Made by a program: the position numbers and the translations under genes | From: Felis catus | Taxonomy: Eukaryota | Length of the DNA: 64,000 nucleotides | Assembly: GCF_018350175.1 (NCBI RefSeq) | Contig: NC_058368.1 | Span: 225,000,001 to 225,064,000, forward strand | Direction of reading: 5' to 3' | Shown: in pieces, positions 38,475-50,865 of the stretch | How positions within the stretch are numbered: the first letter of the stretch is position 1 | How the letters are laid out: each line of letters opens with the position of its first letter | Notes under the pieces: generated by a model | The model's database searches: none | Told to the model about the DNA's origin: nothing | Seen by the model: only the letters and a program-made list of their open reading frames with translations

Positions 38475-40256
38475 AATATTCCCATCAAAATTCCAATGGC
38501 ATTTTTGTTATAGAAATAAAAAAAAAACCACACAATCTTAAAATTTGTGTTGAACCACAAAAGACGCTGAATAGCCAAATCAGTCCTGGGGGGGGGGGGG
38601 GGTAGAACAAAGCTGAAAGCATCACGTTTCCTGTTTTCAATATATACTCCAAACCTAGAGCGATCAAAACAGTATGGTGCTGGCATAAAAATAGACACAT
38701 GGGCCAATAGAACAGAATTAAGACCCAAGACATGAACCTCTGCATATACAGTCAACAGTATTTGACAAATAAACCAAGAATACTCAGTAGGGAAAGGGTG
38801 GTCTCTTCAATGAAAGGTGTTGGGAAAACTGGACAACCTCAGGCAGAAAAGTGAAAAGGGACGCCTATCTTTCACCACTCACAAAAAATAATTCATAATG
38901 GAGTAAAGACTAAACACGGGACCTGACATCATAAAACCCCTAGAAGAAAATCAGGAGGAAAGTTCCTCGACCTTGATCTTGCCAATGATTTTTAGGTATG
39001 ACACCAAAAGTACAACCAACAAAGAAAACAATAAGTAAGTGGAATTATGTCAAGCTAAAAAGCTTCTGTGCTGCAAAAGGAACAATCAGTAAAACGAAAA
39101 GGCAACTACAGGATAAGACAAGATATTTGCAAACCATGTATCTGATAAGGGGTTAATACCCCAAAAATATAAAGAACTCATACAACTCAGTAGAAAAAAA
39201 AATTAAAAATCCAGTGTAAAAATGGGCAGCACTAAGTCAACATTTGGATCCAAAGAATGACCAGCAGGTACATGAAAAGATGCTCCACACCTATAATTAT
39301 CAGGACAGTGCAAATCAAAACCACAATGAGATATCATCTCACACCTGTTAGAATGGCTGACATCAAAAGACAAGCAGTATCAAGTGTTGGCAAAGATGTG
39401 GGGAAAACCCTGAGCACTGTTGGTGGGAATGTAAACTGATGCAGCCACTATGCAAAACAGTATGGGAGTTTCTCAAAAACATTAAAAATAAAACTACTCT
39501 CTCATCCAGCCATCCCATTCAAGGGGATTTATCCACAGGAAATGAAAACAGGATATGGAAGAGATATCTGCATTCCCATGTTTATTGCAGAATTATTCAC
39601 AAAAGTCAAAGTACAGATACAAAATAAGTGTCCATCGACGTATTCATGGATAAAGAAAATGTGAGATATATGTGTACGTATATATGTATATATATACACA
39701 CACATACATATATACACACACATATATGCACAATGGGATATCATTCATCTATGAGAAAGAAGGAAATCTTGTCATTTGTGACAACATGGATGGACCTTGA
39801 AGGCATTATCCTAAACAAAATAAGTCAGATAGAGAAAGACAAATACTATATGGTAACCCTTACATGTGGAATCTCAAAAGCTGATTTCATAGAAATAAAG
39901 TGAAATAGTGGTTACCAGGGATTGGGGGTTATGGGGGGCGGGCAAGAATGGGGAGATATTGGTGAAAGGGTACATATTTCTAGTTATAAGATGAATAAGT
40001 TCTGGGGATCTAATGCACAGCATTGTGATTACAGTTAATGATATACCATATTATATACTTAAACGTTGCTAAGAGAGCGATCTTAAATGTCCTCACCACA
40101 AAAGAGAAATGGTAATTATGTGATGTAATGGTGATGTTAGCTAACACTACAATGGCAATGACATTACAGTAGATAATTATATTAAATCAACACATTATAC
40201 CCCTTAAACTTACACAGTGTTATATGTCAATTATATTTCAATAGAGCTGGAAAAAA
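38475..40256 (+). mobile_element. 5'-truncated L1 (L1MA-type): degraded ORF2 C-terminus plus 3'UTR
   Basis: ORF2-like peptides ([52 protein letters not shown]). The 3'UTR ends TGTCAATTATATTTCAATAGAGCTGGAAAAAA. Confidence 0.92.
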
Positions 40257-40739
40257 TATTTCGAGCAAGCTCACATATTTTGAACATAATTATTTCTCCA
40301 ACATCTACTATGCAAATTTTTAAACTTTCTAATATTGATGAGGAAAAAATTTAGGGAGCATACTTTTATTCAGCCATCTCTGGAGACATCAGGCTTTGGT
40401 TTTGCAAATGCTAACCAACTATTTCTGGAGGATGTATTTGTGGTTAGAATACTACAAATGTTAATTAATTGACCCGAGGGATAGAATATAGCCTGTAAGT
40501 GTTTGTATATGTCCCACTGACTATGCCAAAGTATTTAAAAATAAATCACATTCACTGTAGTCATTTCCAGAGATTCAGAATGAATCCCTTACTCAGCACA
40601 CGTTATGGATTCTCTGGACATTGCCCTATACCTGATCTGAGAGATGTGAATTAAGGGTCACTGAATTAGTCCCCTTTCCCCCAAAATCCACCACCCAATT
40701 ACTGTAAATGCCACAGAGGAATAATCAAAAAACACTCCG

Positions 40740-40830
40740 TGAATTGAATTGAATTGAACTGAATTGACTTAGAAAGAACAGAGGAATTGAATTGAATTGA
40801 ATTGAATTGAATTGAATTAGGAAGAACAGA
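40740..40830. repeat. (GAATT)n pentanucleotide repeat with a duplicated spacer
   Basis: Two blocks of (GAATT)n, each followed by TTAG(A/G)AAGAACAGAG. Confidence 0.9.
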
Positions 40831-42254
40831 GTCTCTCACACTTCTTTAGGCTGGAACTCCAGAAGAGCCAACGACCCTTATGAAGGGTGAAGATAGCCCT
40901 TATCCCAGGGCTCAGGCTTTCCTTTAAACAAGATTTCAGTTTTAGAAAATCTCATCAAATATTTTATGATTTTAAAGCTCTGAAGCTTTAAAGAAGAAAT
41001 ACCATGTGTTTTTTTCTGCCTTATTTTTTTCTCTGCTCCTCCTTAAAAAAAAATGTTTTAAAAAAAATTGCCAGGATTCTGCTAAGAAAAAAAAAATGTT
41101 TTCCAACGAGAAAAAAACTATTCACATTTGATAGCTCTTGCTGTAAGGATGTTCAAGAATCTGGAACAACCTCCCTCCAAAGCTCATTGACTTTTACTGC
41201 TGGCAGACAATTGGATGGTGACAGGTCCTTAGTATTTAGCTTGGTGGGACATTTCTGCTCGGCTCCCAAACTACGTGACTCCTGGGAAATCTGCCAAACT
41301 TGAATGTTTCCTGCCAGATCTAATCAATTTTACAACCAACCTCTTCTTAGTTGGAGCTGTATTTCTCATACCTGACTATTGAGAAGGGCCGTGGTGGAAG
41401 ACAGAAGCTTCTTTAGTTGCTCACAGTCAGAAGGAAAAGAGATTAAATTCACCTCATCCTCTTGGTATTTAGCAGCAAAAGCAATTTAATTTCAAAATCA
41501 ACATTCACAGTGCATGGTGTTTAGTGTTACTGTCGATATTCAGATATGAGACAGGGATCACCTAACAGTGCTATACAAATCTGTAACCACCCTGCCTGTT
41601 TATGCTAACACTAGCTTCTTTCCTACCTTGCTTGAAAAGATCACCTTTAACCCTACTTCAGCTCACATCATTCTCTATACAGAACACTAGCATTAAATAA
41701 CAATAATAAATGAAGCTGTAGTCAGATTGTTCGTGTACACTCATCTCTCCCATAAGCACACAAATTTTTTTTAAAACCAAAAGATTCACAATTGTATCCT
41801 TAGCACTTAGCACTGTGCCTGGCATGTTGACGGGTCCAGGAGTCTTTGAACATTACACATTTATTCCTATCCCTGCTAGACAAGTTCTGAGTCCAACAGA
41901 TTTACCCCGGGACTCCTTAGGTCCTAAGGATATAGTATCCAAGCAATGGGATAAATTCCTCACCAGCAGGAAAAAAAGTTGCTTCTCTCAGAGAAGATGA
42001 GCAGAAGAAAAGGGTTGGGTTTTTCCAATGGCCTGTATTGAAATGGCAAGAACATGCCTAGGTAGACTAGAAATGGCATGAGTTTGCAGCCAGGTTAAGA
42101 AAGGTGCCTGGCAATTTGGAGCAAGTGGGCCAATAAGAGGAAGAATGACACCAAGACAGGTTTCACTAAATGTCACATAATGTTTTCTGTTGGTTCTGGC
42201 ATTTAGGTACCTTCAGGAACAATGTGAAAGCAAACAAAATAAAGAACCAAAACA

Positions 42255-42646
42255 AAGACCCTGCTGTACCTTGTCTCCAACGTCATCGAGCTTCTAGATG
42301 TTGATCCCAATGACCAAGAGGAGGGTGGTGCCAGTATTGACCTGTATTCCCAGAGGAAGGGTAAATGTGCAGCGATTAAAACCTCTACACGACAGACATA
42401 CTCCCTGTCTGTGATTGGGTTGGTGGATGCTGAAAAGCTAAAGCCCACAGACTTGGTAGGTGTGAACAAAGGCTCCTATCTGATCCTGGAGACCCTGCCT
42501 ACAGAGTCTGACTCAGGGGTAAAGGCCATAGAGGTGGATGAGAGACCCACAGAACAATACAGTGACATTGGGGGCCTGGGCACCTGCTCCCTGGTCTCAC
42601 GCTGGTTACAGTTCATGATAAAGGAGGGCTTCAGGTCCCGGGGGGT

Positions 42647-42715
<69 letters not shown>

Positions 42716-42720
42716 CAGCA
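42255..42720 (+). pseudogene. PSMC3: Processed pseudogene fragment of 26S proteasome AAA-ATPase subunit PSMC3 (Rpt5), 5'-truncated
   Basis: 42255-42578 translates without interruption to [108 protein letters not shown], matching the recalled PSMC3 OB-fold region. There is no start codon and no AAA domain. A (CA)n/(CAAAA)n tail follows. Confidence 0.9.
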
Positions 42721-42873
42721 AGTGAAAAATGTAACAAAATAAGATTTTCCTGATCTAAATAGAAAATGTAAATCACGACAGTTAATCCAGGACAATTTTC
42801 TTAACTCTGCCACTATTTGAATGCTAGATTAGCTATTAGCCAGCCAATTAATTATACTACACATGTGAAATAT

Positions 42874-42942
42874 GATAGATGACAGATGACAGATAGATAG
42901 ATAGATAGATAGACAGACAGATAGACATATAGGCAGATAGAT
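42874..42942. repeat. (GATA)/(GACA)n microsatellite
   Basis: Directly visible. Confidence 0.9.
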
Positions 42943-42979
42943 AATCTACCATGACTTCAAAACGCATGGTGGAGTCTAG

Positions 42980-43347
42980 AGAGTATTATCCTGAGTGAAA
43001 TAAGTCAGTCACAGAAAGACAAACGCCATATGAGTTTACTCATATGTGGAATTTAAGAAACAAAACAAATGAGCTAAGGGGAAAAGAGAGAGAGAGAGAG
43101 AGACAAACCAAAAAAAAAAAAAAAACAAAACAAACAAAAAACAAAAAACAAAAAAAACCAGACTCTTAATTATAGAGAACAAACTGGTGGTTACAGGAGG
43201 GGAGGTGGGTGGGGGATTAAGGAGCGCACTTGCGGTAATGAGCACTGGGTGTTGTATACAAGTGTTGAATATTGTACACCTGGAAGTAATATTACACTGT
43301 CTGTTAACTCACTGGAATTTGAAGAACAAGTTAAAATTTTTAAAAAA
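42980..43347 (+). mobile_element. Carnivore L1 3' end (L1_Carn-like)
   Basis: GTGAAATAAGTCAGTCACAGAAAGAC...GACTCTTAATTATAGAGAACAAACTG...TTGTACACCTG. Confidence 0.85.
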
Positions 43348-43809
43348 TCATTACGTGGACCACACGAGAACAGTTGCTTGAAATTAAGCACTTGAATGGA
43401 TCATGAACAAGGTAACAAGCAACATCCAGCTGTGATGCGGAGACATGATTTCATATTTTGGTCTCAAGTGGCTTCCCTTTCGGTTCTTACCTGTCACAGG
43501 AATGAGATAAAAAGACGAAGGCTGACCCCTGGTAGCCTAATTTCGATGCGCTCCAAGTCCAGAGAAGGAAAGAAAGCACAATAGTAAGAGGACAGAAAGA
43601 GAGGCGCATGCCCAATCAAAAGAAGCTGTTTGATTCGAAGACCTGAGAGTTAGCATTTAAAGAAAGTTACTGTTTGAAAAATCACTTCCCATTCAAGGCA
43701 TTAATACGTGATTTTCATTAATGTGCCGAGACCTAAGCATTGTGGCCGTGACAACTAAGAGGATGGGAATGAACCTTCCCTAAACCATTGCGGCTTCACA
43801 GAGTACAAA

Positions 43810-44222
43810 GTTAGTTGTCAGATAAAATTCAGGACTCAGCTAATTTATTTTTTATTTTTTATTTTTTTTTTTTTAGAGACAGGAAGAGAGAGGGCACAAG
43901 CGGGAGAGAGGGACAGAGAGAGAGAGAGATTGAATCTTAAGCAGGTTCCACGCTGACCCCAGAGCCCATCACGGGGCTCAGTCCCACGACCCTGGGATCA
44001 TGAGTCTCAATCAAGAGTACTGATGCTCAACCCACTGGGCCACCCAGGTGCCCTGGACACGCAGTTGATTTTGAGTTGCAGGTAAATAATGATTTTTTTA
44101 GGATAAGTCTATCCTAAATATTTCATGGAGTATTCCTATGCTAAGAAATTATTTGTCATGTATCTAAAATTCAAGTTTTACCATGCACTCCACATTTTCA
44201 TTTGCTAAATCAAGTAACCCTG
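43810..44222. mobile_element. MER53-like hAT MITE interrupted by a CAN-SINE
   Basis: GTTGTCAGATAAAATTCAGGAC ... TTTGCTAAATCAAGTAACCCT matches recalled MER53 ends. Confidence 0.7.
43843..44054 (-). mobile_element. CAN-SINE nested in MER53
   Basis: T-tail, (GA)n tract, ends CACCCAGGTGCCC. Confidence 0.9.
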
Positions 44223-45159
44223 CCTCTGTGCCAAGCTGTACCTGCATTTCTAAGCACAACAAAAATATCATGTAGCTTGTCACAAAATTACAGTCAAATG
44301 CTCAAATTCTGATGGATATTCAGAGGTCAGTATGTTTTCCCGTCATTTGGAGCAAAAACCGAACCAGGAACAAGGCCTGTATTTTAAATTCATAACCACA
44401 AAGAATATTTTTAAAAAGCAAACTCAGGATTCTTCTCTCCCTCCAGTACCTGAAGTCCTGGCCACGCGGTTTCCCTGGCTTTTCCCAGTGGGACAGCAAT
44501 GAGGCATGAACTTGCTTCATATAATTCTAAGGCAGGGAACACGATGAGGAATGTGGGGTATTTGCCTGAGTGCAGAATTTAAGGGAAGGGACCAAAAAAC
44601 TCAGTTATCAAACTACCTTTTTAATGAATTATTTTTAATGAAAGTCAATAGAAAAATTTCATGATGAATAAAGTATCAGAAATTTAAGTGATGACAGAAT
44701 CCGGCCTCACATGTTAATGATTTGCTCCCCCAGTTGCCTCTCCCTGATCCCAGCCCTGGTTCTCAACCTTCAAGACACTGACGGTCGCCCGTGTCCACCT
44801 TGAAGCTCTTCTTGGCTGTTCTGTTGATCGCGTTCTCTGCTCAGTGTCTGCGTTCCAGCTACATGTGTTGCTACTTTTGTAAGTTGCACTGAGATTCCCT
44901 GGAACCAGCCCGGGCCACCCGTATATCATCAGGATGTGCAGTCGCCCAGCGGGTCATCTAACGGGACCCCATTTTCACTGTAGCCAGTACAGAGGAGGAC
45001 AGTTTTTTTGTGTGTTCTAATCTGTGCTCTACGGATAAGCACTGATCCCAGTGTTTTTAACGTCGAGTCTTAAGTTGTGATGCGCGTTTAACCTTTCAGC
45101 CAGGAAGTGCTGTCTTTCAACGTACAAATACGGGCTGTCTGCTTACCCGCATGCCAAAT

Positions 45160-46441
45160 GCAGATAGATCGGCTTTCCGCATGGTAGTGTCGACCACATA
45201 AACAGCTGTGCAAAGCGACATCATGCAAAGTGATCTTACGAATCAATGCGAAGAATTACGATTGCTCCATAGCTTTCAAAAATTGTTGGCAAGATATTAA
45301 AAGTTTCTGGGGCGCCTGGGTGGCTCAGTCGGTTGAGCGTCCGTCTTGGGGCTCAGGTCATGATCTCGCGGTTGGTGGGTTGGAGCCCCGTGTTGGGCTC
45401 TGTGCTGACAGCTCAGAGCCTGGAGCCTGCTTCGGATTCTGTGTCTCCCTCTCTCTCTGCCCCTCCTCCGCTCGTGCTCTGTCTCTCAAAAATAAATAAA
45501 TAAATGTAAAAAAAAAAATTTAAGACATTAAGACTTCCTTACTGTTGGTTATAACTGTACAGAAATGAAAAAAGAGAGTAAAATTAATATTTATTTAAAA
45601 ACTGAATTTAATACATCAGAAACATGAAAAATGAAATTTTTTTTTATTTCTTTGTTTAAAAAGAAAAAGTTACCGTGAGTAGTTTGAACAGCGTTTGCTT
45701 TGTCCTCGTCAGATGATCTGCAATACAGAGTATTTTTCTGGTTTCTACGAACTGTCGTTCTCTGTTCTGTTTGCATCTGCTTGCAACATTTTTGCCTTTA
45801 CGTTTTTAAATGTTGTGAGATAGCTCTGAGAGTTCCTCTAACTCTGAAATTTTTGCTGGCGTCACTTCCTCTGAGACCTCACCTGCTTTCCTCATTTGGA
45901 TGGGTAAGTTCTCCACCACTAAGTCACTCTGGCCAGTTACTCTGGAGGCTCTCCACTGGTGAGGCATCAATGGTCCCACGGTCAGCCGGTCCTATACCTG
46001 CGCGTAACTCGCCATGGGAATTTCACTCTCAACATTATCGCTCTGTGTTTCGTCACTGAGCTTTCATCTTTGTAGGCCAATTTCCTCTACCCGCTATCTA
46101 GGTTTGTGAAATGTCATGTGGACGTATTCCTGAAGTCAAAGAGCAACACAACTACTACATCTTGGCGGCTCCTGGTGTGTGCACCAAATAGCCGATGGCC
46201 AGTGGCCAGTCATCAACAGGCTCTGTAAGAAGGGACATGGTCGGACACCGACCGTGACATCCGTCGGTTGTGTATGCAGAGAGTTGTGAACCACAGAGCT
46301 GGCAGTGAAGTTTCTACACTATGCGATCGCACACAGTTAATAGACTGTGGTAACTGAAACTCAAACCACACTGTAGTATTTAACTAGACTCTGGTAACTG
46401 AAATTCATGCATATTGGAACTATGCAAAGTAAGGACTGCCC
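45160..46441 (-). mobile_element. TcMar-Tigger element (Tigger13a-like), near full length, interrupted by a CAN-SINE
   Basis: The minus strand begins GGCAGTCCTTACTTTGCATAGTTCCAATATGCATGAATTTCAGTTACC, matching recalled Tigger13a. The other end lies near 45160. Confidence 0.7.
45309..45520 (+). mobile_element. CAN-SINE nested in Tigger13a
   Basis: Approximate TSD AAGATATTAAAAGTTTCT / AAGACATTAAGACTTCCT. Confidence 0.95.
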
Positions 46442-46659
46442 ATATTCTAATCTCTCTCTTAATACTCCTTCTAGAATTAAAATAGAATTGTCTGGATATA
46501 AGCCAAATTACATCACTGAATTTAGCAGGCTTTTCTCCTATTCCCAATCAAAGTATGTTTTCCACGAAGTATATTTTCTTAGTTTCTCCACCACTTTCTT
46601 TGGAAATTATACATTCTCATCAACTTGTCCCTACTAACATACTCATAGAGAAGGATAAA

Positions 46660-47135
46660 GGGGATTCCCAGGGCCCCGTCTCGCTCCCAGACAACATGTG
46701 CAGATTACTGTCCAACCTCTTGGCAACTAGGCTGAGACCATCCCCATTCCAACCTCCTGGCAAGACGGGGCCCGAGAATTTCCGAGTCTCCCCTGAAGTG
46801 AGGATGCTGCACAAGAACCATCTACGAAGCAGACGCAGCTGCTGAGCCTTGAAGTCAGTACGAAGAGCCTCAGACCTGCCTGCCTGTGGTCTTCTGCAGT
46901 GTTAGCAGCAGAGGTTTCTAAAGGTTCAGTCCCTGGGGCACTGAGTGCCAAGAAGCAGAGACAGCGACAGCAGTAGATTTCCACTGGAAGAGACCCATGT
47001 CTGGATGTAGCACACGAGCTTGGTTATTTGGCACTCCTGGAAATTATATAAGCAGCCCTACATCCCATAGTAAATCCCTTTCTGCTTTAACGAGCTAGAC
47101 TGGAAATTATTATCTGCAACAAGCATCCTGAGACA
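46660..47135 (+). mobile_element. Probable ancient ERVL/MaLR LTR, family uncertain
   Basis: 3' end AGTAAATCCCTTTCTGCTTTAACGAGCTAGACTGG...TGCAACAAGCATCCTGA is typical of LTR U5. Confidence 0.45.
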
Positions 47136-47289
47136 CACAGGTGTTCATTCGCGGACTAGCTCGAATGATGCTACATAGCCAACTAACTGCTCTCTTTCCT
47201 GTGTAGATTTTCCAGAGATGAAAACAATTTAAGTGAGAGGGCAATTATCTCAGACAACAAAGAAAAATTTGTTCTACCCCAACCCAGGG

Positions 47290-47292
<3 letters not shown>

Positions 47293-47330
<38 letters not shown>

Positions 47331-47337
47331 CATATAC

Positions 47338-47368
<31 letters not shown>
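47293..47368. repeat. (TA)n microsatellite
   Basis: Directly visible. Confidence 0.95.
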
Positions 47369-47369
<1 letters not shown>

Positions 47370-47390
47370 TCTAACTTTAGTTCATCAAAC

Positions 47391-47599
47391 TTTTTTTAAT
47401 TTTTTTTTAATGTCTATTTATTTTTGAGAGAGAGAGCAAGTGGGGGAGGGGCAGAGAGCGAGGGAGACACAGAATCTGAAGGAGGCCCTAGGCTCCGAGC
47501 TGTCAGCACAGAGCCTGACTCGGGGCTCGAACCCACCAACTGGGAGGTCATGACCTGAGCTGAAGTCGGGCGCTTAACGACGGAGCTACCTAGGCGCCC
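47391..47599 (-). mobile_element. CAN-SINE
   Basis: TSD TTCATCAAACTT. Confidence 0.95.
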
Positions 47600-47702
47600 T
47601 TCATCAAACTTCTAAGACTTCAATCACTGACCCAGAAAATTCAGACATCTTTAAGTTCAAAGGTGTTTTGGTTTTCCTATTTGACTAAAAATTGGCTTCC
47701 TA

Positions 47703-47918
47703 GGGGCACCTGGGTGGCTCTCTCGGTTGAACGTCTAACTTCAGCTCTGGTCCTGGTCTCACAGTTAGTGAGTTTGAGCCCCACATGGGGCTCTGTGCTG
47801 ACAGCTCAGAGCCTGGAGCCTCCTTCAGATACTGTGTTTCCCTCTCTCTCTGCCCCTCCCCTGCTTGTGCTCTGTCTCTCTCTGTCTCTCAAAAATAAAT
47901 AAACATTAATTTTTTTTT
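47703..47918 (+). mobile_element. CAN-SINE
   Basis: TSD AATTGG(C/T)TTCCT. Confidence 0.95.
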
Positions 47919-48073
47919 AATTGGTTTCCTGAACACCTAGATTTCCAGTTCCTACCATGATGATTCCCTCTTAATACTAGGACCCGTATCTTCTGCTAGT
48001 CGCTTACTATACAAAGCAAGCAACTCAAAACAAGGAATGGAGGTGGAAAAGACAACAGTGAGAAACTAGCTAA

Positions 48074-48305
48074 GGGGCATCCGGGTGGCTCAGTCAGTTG
48101 GGCGACCGGCTTGGGCTCAGGTCATGATTTCACGGTCCATGAGTTCCCTTCCCACGTCGAGCTCTGTGCTGACGGCTCAGAGCCTGCTTCGGATTCTGTG
48201 TCTCCCTCTCTGTCTCTCTCTTCCCTTCCCCACTCATGTGTGCACTCTCTCTGTCTCTCTCTCAAAAGTGAATAAACATTAAATTTTTAAAAAATTAAAA
48301 AGAAA
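48074..48305 (+). mobile_element. CAN-SINE
   Basis: TSD GAAACT(A/G)GCT. Confidence 0.93.
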
Positions 48306-48525
48306 AGAAACTGGCTGCCTATAATTAGTTCCACAAGAGAAGATAATACATAAATAAATTTATTTAAAAACGTCTTGGAGACCTTTACCTCCAGTAAAAG
48401 CTTAGGTGTATTTTTTAGTCTAGAATATCGAAAGCGTCTTAGTCTTCACCATTCTCCCCATGGCCACGTGAACTAGTGCTTAAAATCAGAGTTAACCAAC
48501 AGAAAGACCTACAATTTTATCCAAG

Positions 48526-48744
48526 TTTTTTTTTATTTTTTTTTTAACATTTATTTGTTTTTGAGACAGAGAGAGACAGAGCACGAACGGGGAAGGATCA
48601 GAGAGAGGGGGAGACGCAGAATCCGAAACAGGCTCCAGGCTCTGAGCAGTCAGCACACAGCCCGATGCGGGGCTCGAACTCACGGACCACGAGATCATGA
48701 CCTGAGCCGAAGTCAGATCACGGACTGAGCCCCCCAGGCGCCCC
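48526..48744 (-). mobile_element. CAN-SINE
   Basis: TSD TTATCCAAGTTTTT. Confidence 0.95.
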
Positions 48745-49129
48745 ATTATCCAAGTTTTGATACCAATTACCTCCGTGCGTTTAGGTCAGTCATTGAACCC
48801 TGAATCTCTATTTCCCAATGTACAAAATGAGGACTATTGTATATAAATGGCTTCCAAGGTTTCTTCCAGTGCTAACTTGGTTTGTTTCTATGATGCTGAG
48901 TGTAAGATTTATATGTGTCAGAGCCAAAAAAAGTGTCATCGGGACTATGAACTCCTTGTATGCCCGCCCATGAGAGAGAAAATAGATACCATAAGGACAG
49001 AAGCATTCAGTTCTCTACAGGATTTCTACTAATAGTATAGTTCATTCTGCATTATAAATTTAATCATGTTCTCTTTATCAAAAGCATGTGTTCAGTTAAA
49101 TGAGTTATTTTTAACTACTATTTGTTGGG

Positions 49130-49325
49130 TAATTGCTAGCTATCGAACGTTGTCAACACTCTATGCGTATGAAGTCATTTGTCACAACCCTATGGGGCGT
49201 TGTCCATTTTTTACAGACGAAGCACCCAGAATAGAGAAAGTTGATGCAAGAAACAGAATTTCTGAGGAGAAAGTCTGGGACCTAGCCCTCACAGTTAGAC
49301 TCCAGAGTCCATGTGTTTAACGCCA
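49130..49325 (-). mobile_element. MIR SINE
   Basis: TCACAACCCTATG...CCATTTTTTACAGACGAAG...GACTCCAGAGTCCATG. Confidence 0.65.
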
Positions 49326-50651
49326 ACCCAAGATTCTTTATTCCTCACTAATGATAATGTATGAACTAATATAGAAACAAGTAAAATGAAAATTGTAGGT
49401 ATGTGTATAACTTTTTAAAGATTTTTGGCATGAAAGGCTAACATCTGTCACACATTTTAGAATATAAGCTTTCTTTTTCCCTTTGAGACTCTAAAAGAAG
49501 ATGTAAGATGACTTAGTCGAATCAGATAATTTCTGACATTCCTCTTAGCTTTAAATGTCTTTAGGCTAAGAACCCTTAATAGCCTTTCTTTACTTATTAA
49601 TTTCCAGATTCTGTGGTTCCCTTCCTGTTAGAAAACACTTCCCGTCTGACAAATTACCTTCTCATCTCGTCTTCATCTTACAGCCGCTATGGTGACAAAG
49701 AGAGGCTTTTCCTTCATACAATGACAATCTTCAAACCCCCAAGTGACGTCTAATCAACCCTCTCCTTATACGTTACCTATTTGCCTGGAACAGAGATGAC
49801 ACAGTGGTAAAAATCACCCACGGCAAGCAACAAGACAGAAGGAGTGTGGCACCCTCACACCATAGAGCTCTCAATATGGCAGCACCAGACTCCTTTCCTT
49901 GGACCTTACGTGACGAAACAGTGAGTTCTATCTCGCTGAAGCCACCATAATTTGAGATTTTCTGCCACATGCAGTATAATTTAGCCTTAACTATATACAC
50001 AAATATTTACATATGTTTTTTAAATATTTGAGTAGTAGAAACTTTTGTGCTTCAGAGTAATAACGTACCTTGATGATATTTCCAGTACAAGAAATATAAA
50101 ACTACTTCATTTCTTTTTAATGGCTGCCTCTGTTCAATTAAAAAACCATGTAGAGAATGAACCACGTGCGCCCATTCAATGTTTTGTTTTGTTTTGTTTT
50201 GTTTTTAACCATTCCTCATTACAGAAGGTTATTTCCCAGCTTAGGCCATTATGAACAAAAGCCCCAGTCAACATCCTTGACCATGCCTCTTTCTACACCT
50301 AGGAAAGTGTTTCACCAGCCACCAGTCTGTCCTGTAACTTCTGAGTCCAAAAACATTCACGTTTTCATTTCTCATAGAAGCTCCAAGTTGCCTTTATAAA
50401 CAACTTCCTAGTTCATTCTCCAACCGGAGGTACACCGCTTACGGGTAGAAGTGATGTGTATCAGTCAAATCTGCCATTTTCAAATTGGATAGCCCCCCCA
50501 AAGCTTGTCTTTTAAAGACTAAAACTTCCCTGTACCTTTTCCTTTACTGTGTGGCAATGTTTTCATACTGTCCGTTGTCAAGGTAGCTCACACCAAAGTA
50601 TCAATATCCTTTCAAACTATGCCAGCCAAAACTGTTCATATTACCACAAAT

Positions 50652-50865
50652 CAAGAGTTGACAGCCTTTTTTTATGAAGATTCAGAGAGTAAACATTTTA
50701 GATTTTGTGGGTTAGATGATGTCTGTTACAACTAATCACCTCTGCTACCAGAGCACAAAGGCAGCCCTAGGCAACATACAAAAAAATGAATGTCTACGTC
50801 CCAATAGAAGTTTATTGGAAAAAACAGGTAGTTGGCTAGATTTGACTCATGGGCTGTGGCTCGTT
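50652..50865. mobile_element. MER58A-like hAT-Charlie MITE
   Basis: GTAAACATTTTAGATTTTGTGGG...AAAGGCAGCCCTAGGCAACA...GATTTGACTCATGGGCTGTGG. Confidence 0.7.

Noticed and set aside
39257..39903. ORFs with reverse-transcriptase-element similarity
   Set aside because: Frameshifted remnants of a dead, truncated L1 ORF2.
42411..42725. 104-aa ORF as a functional PSMC3 product
   Set aside because: GTG start in mid-domain, no ATPase domain, and it runs into a microsatellite.
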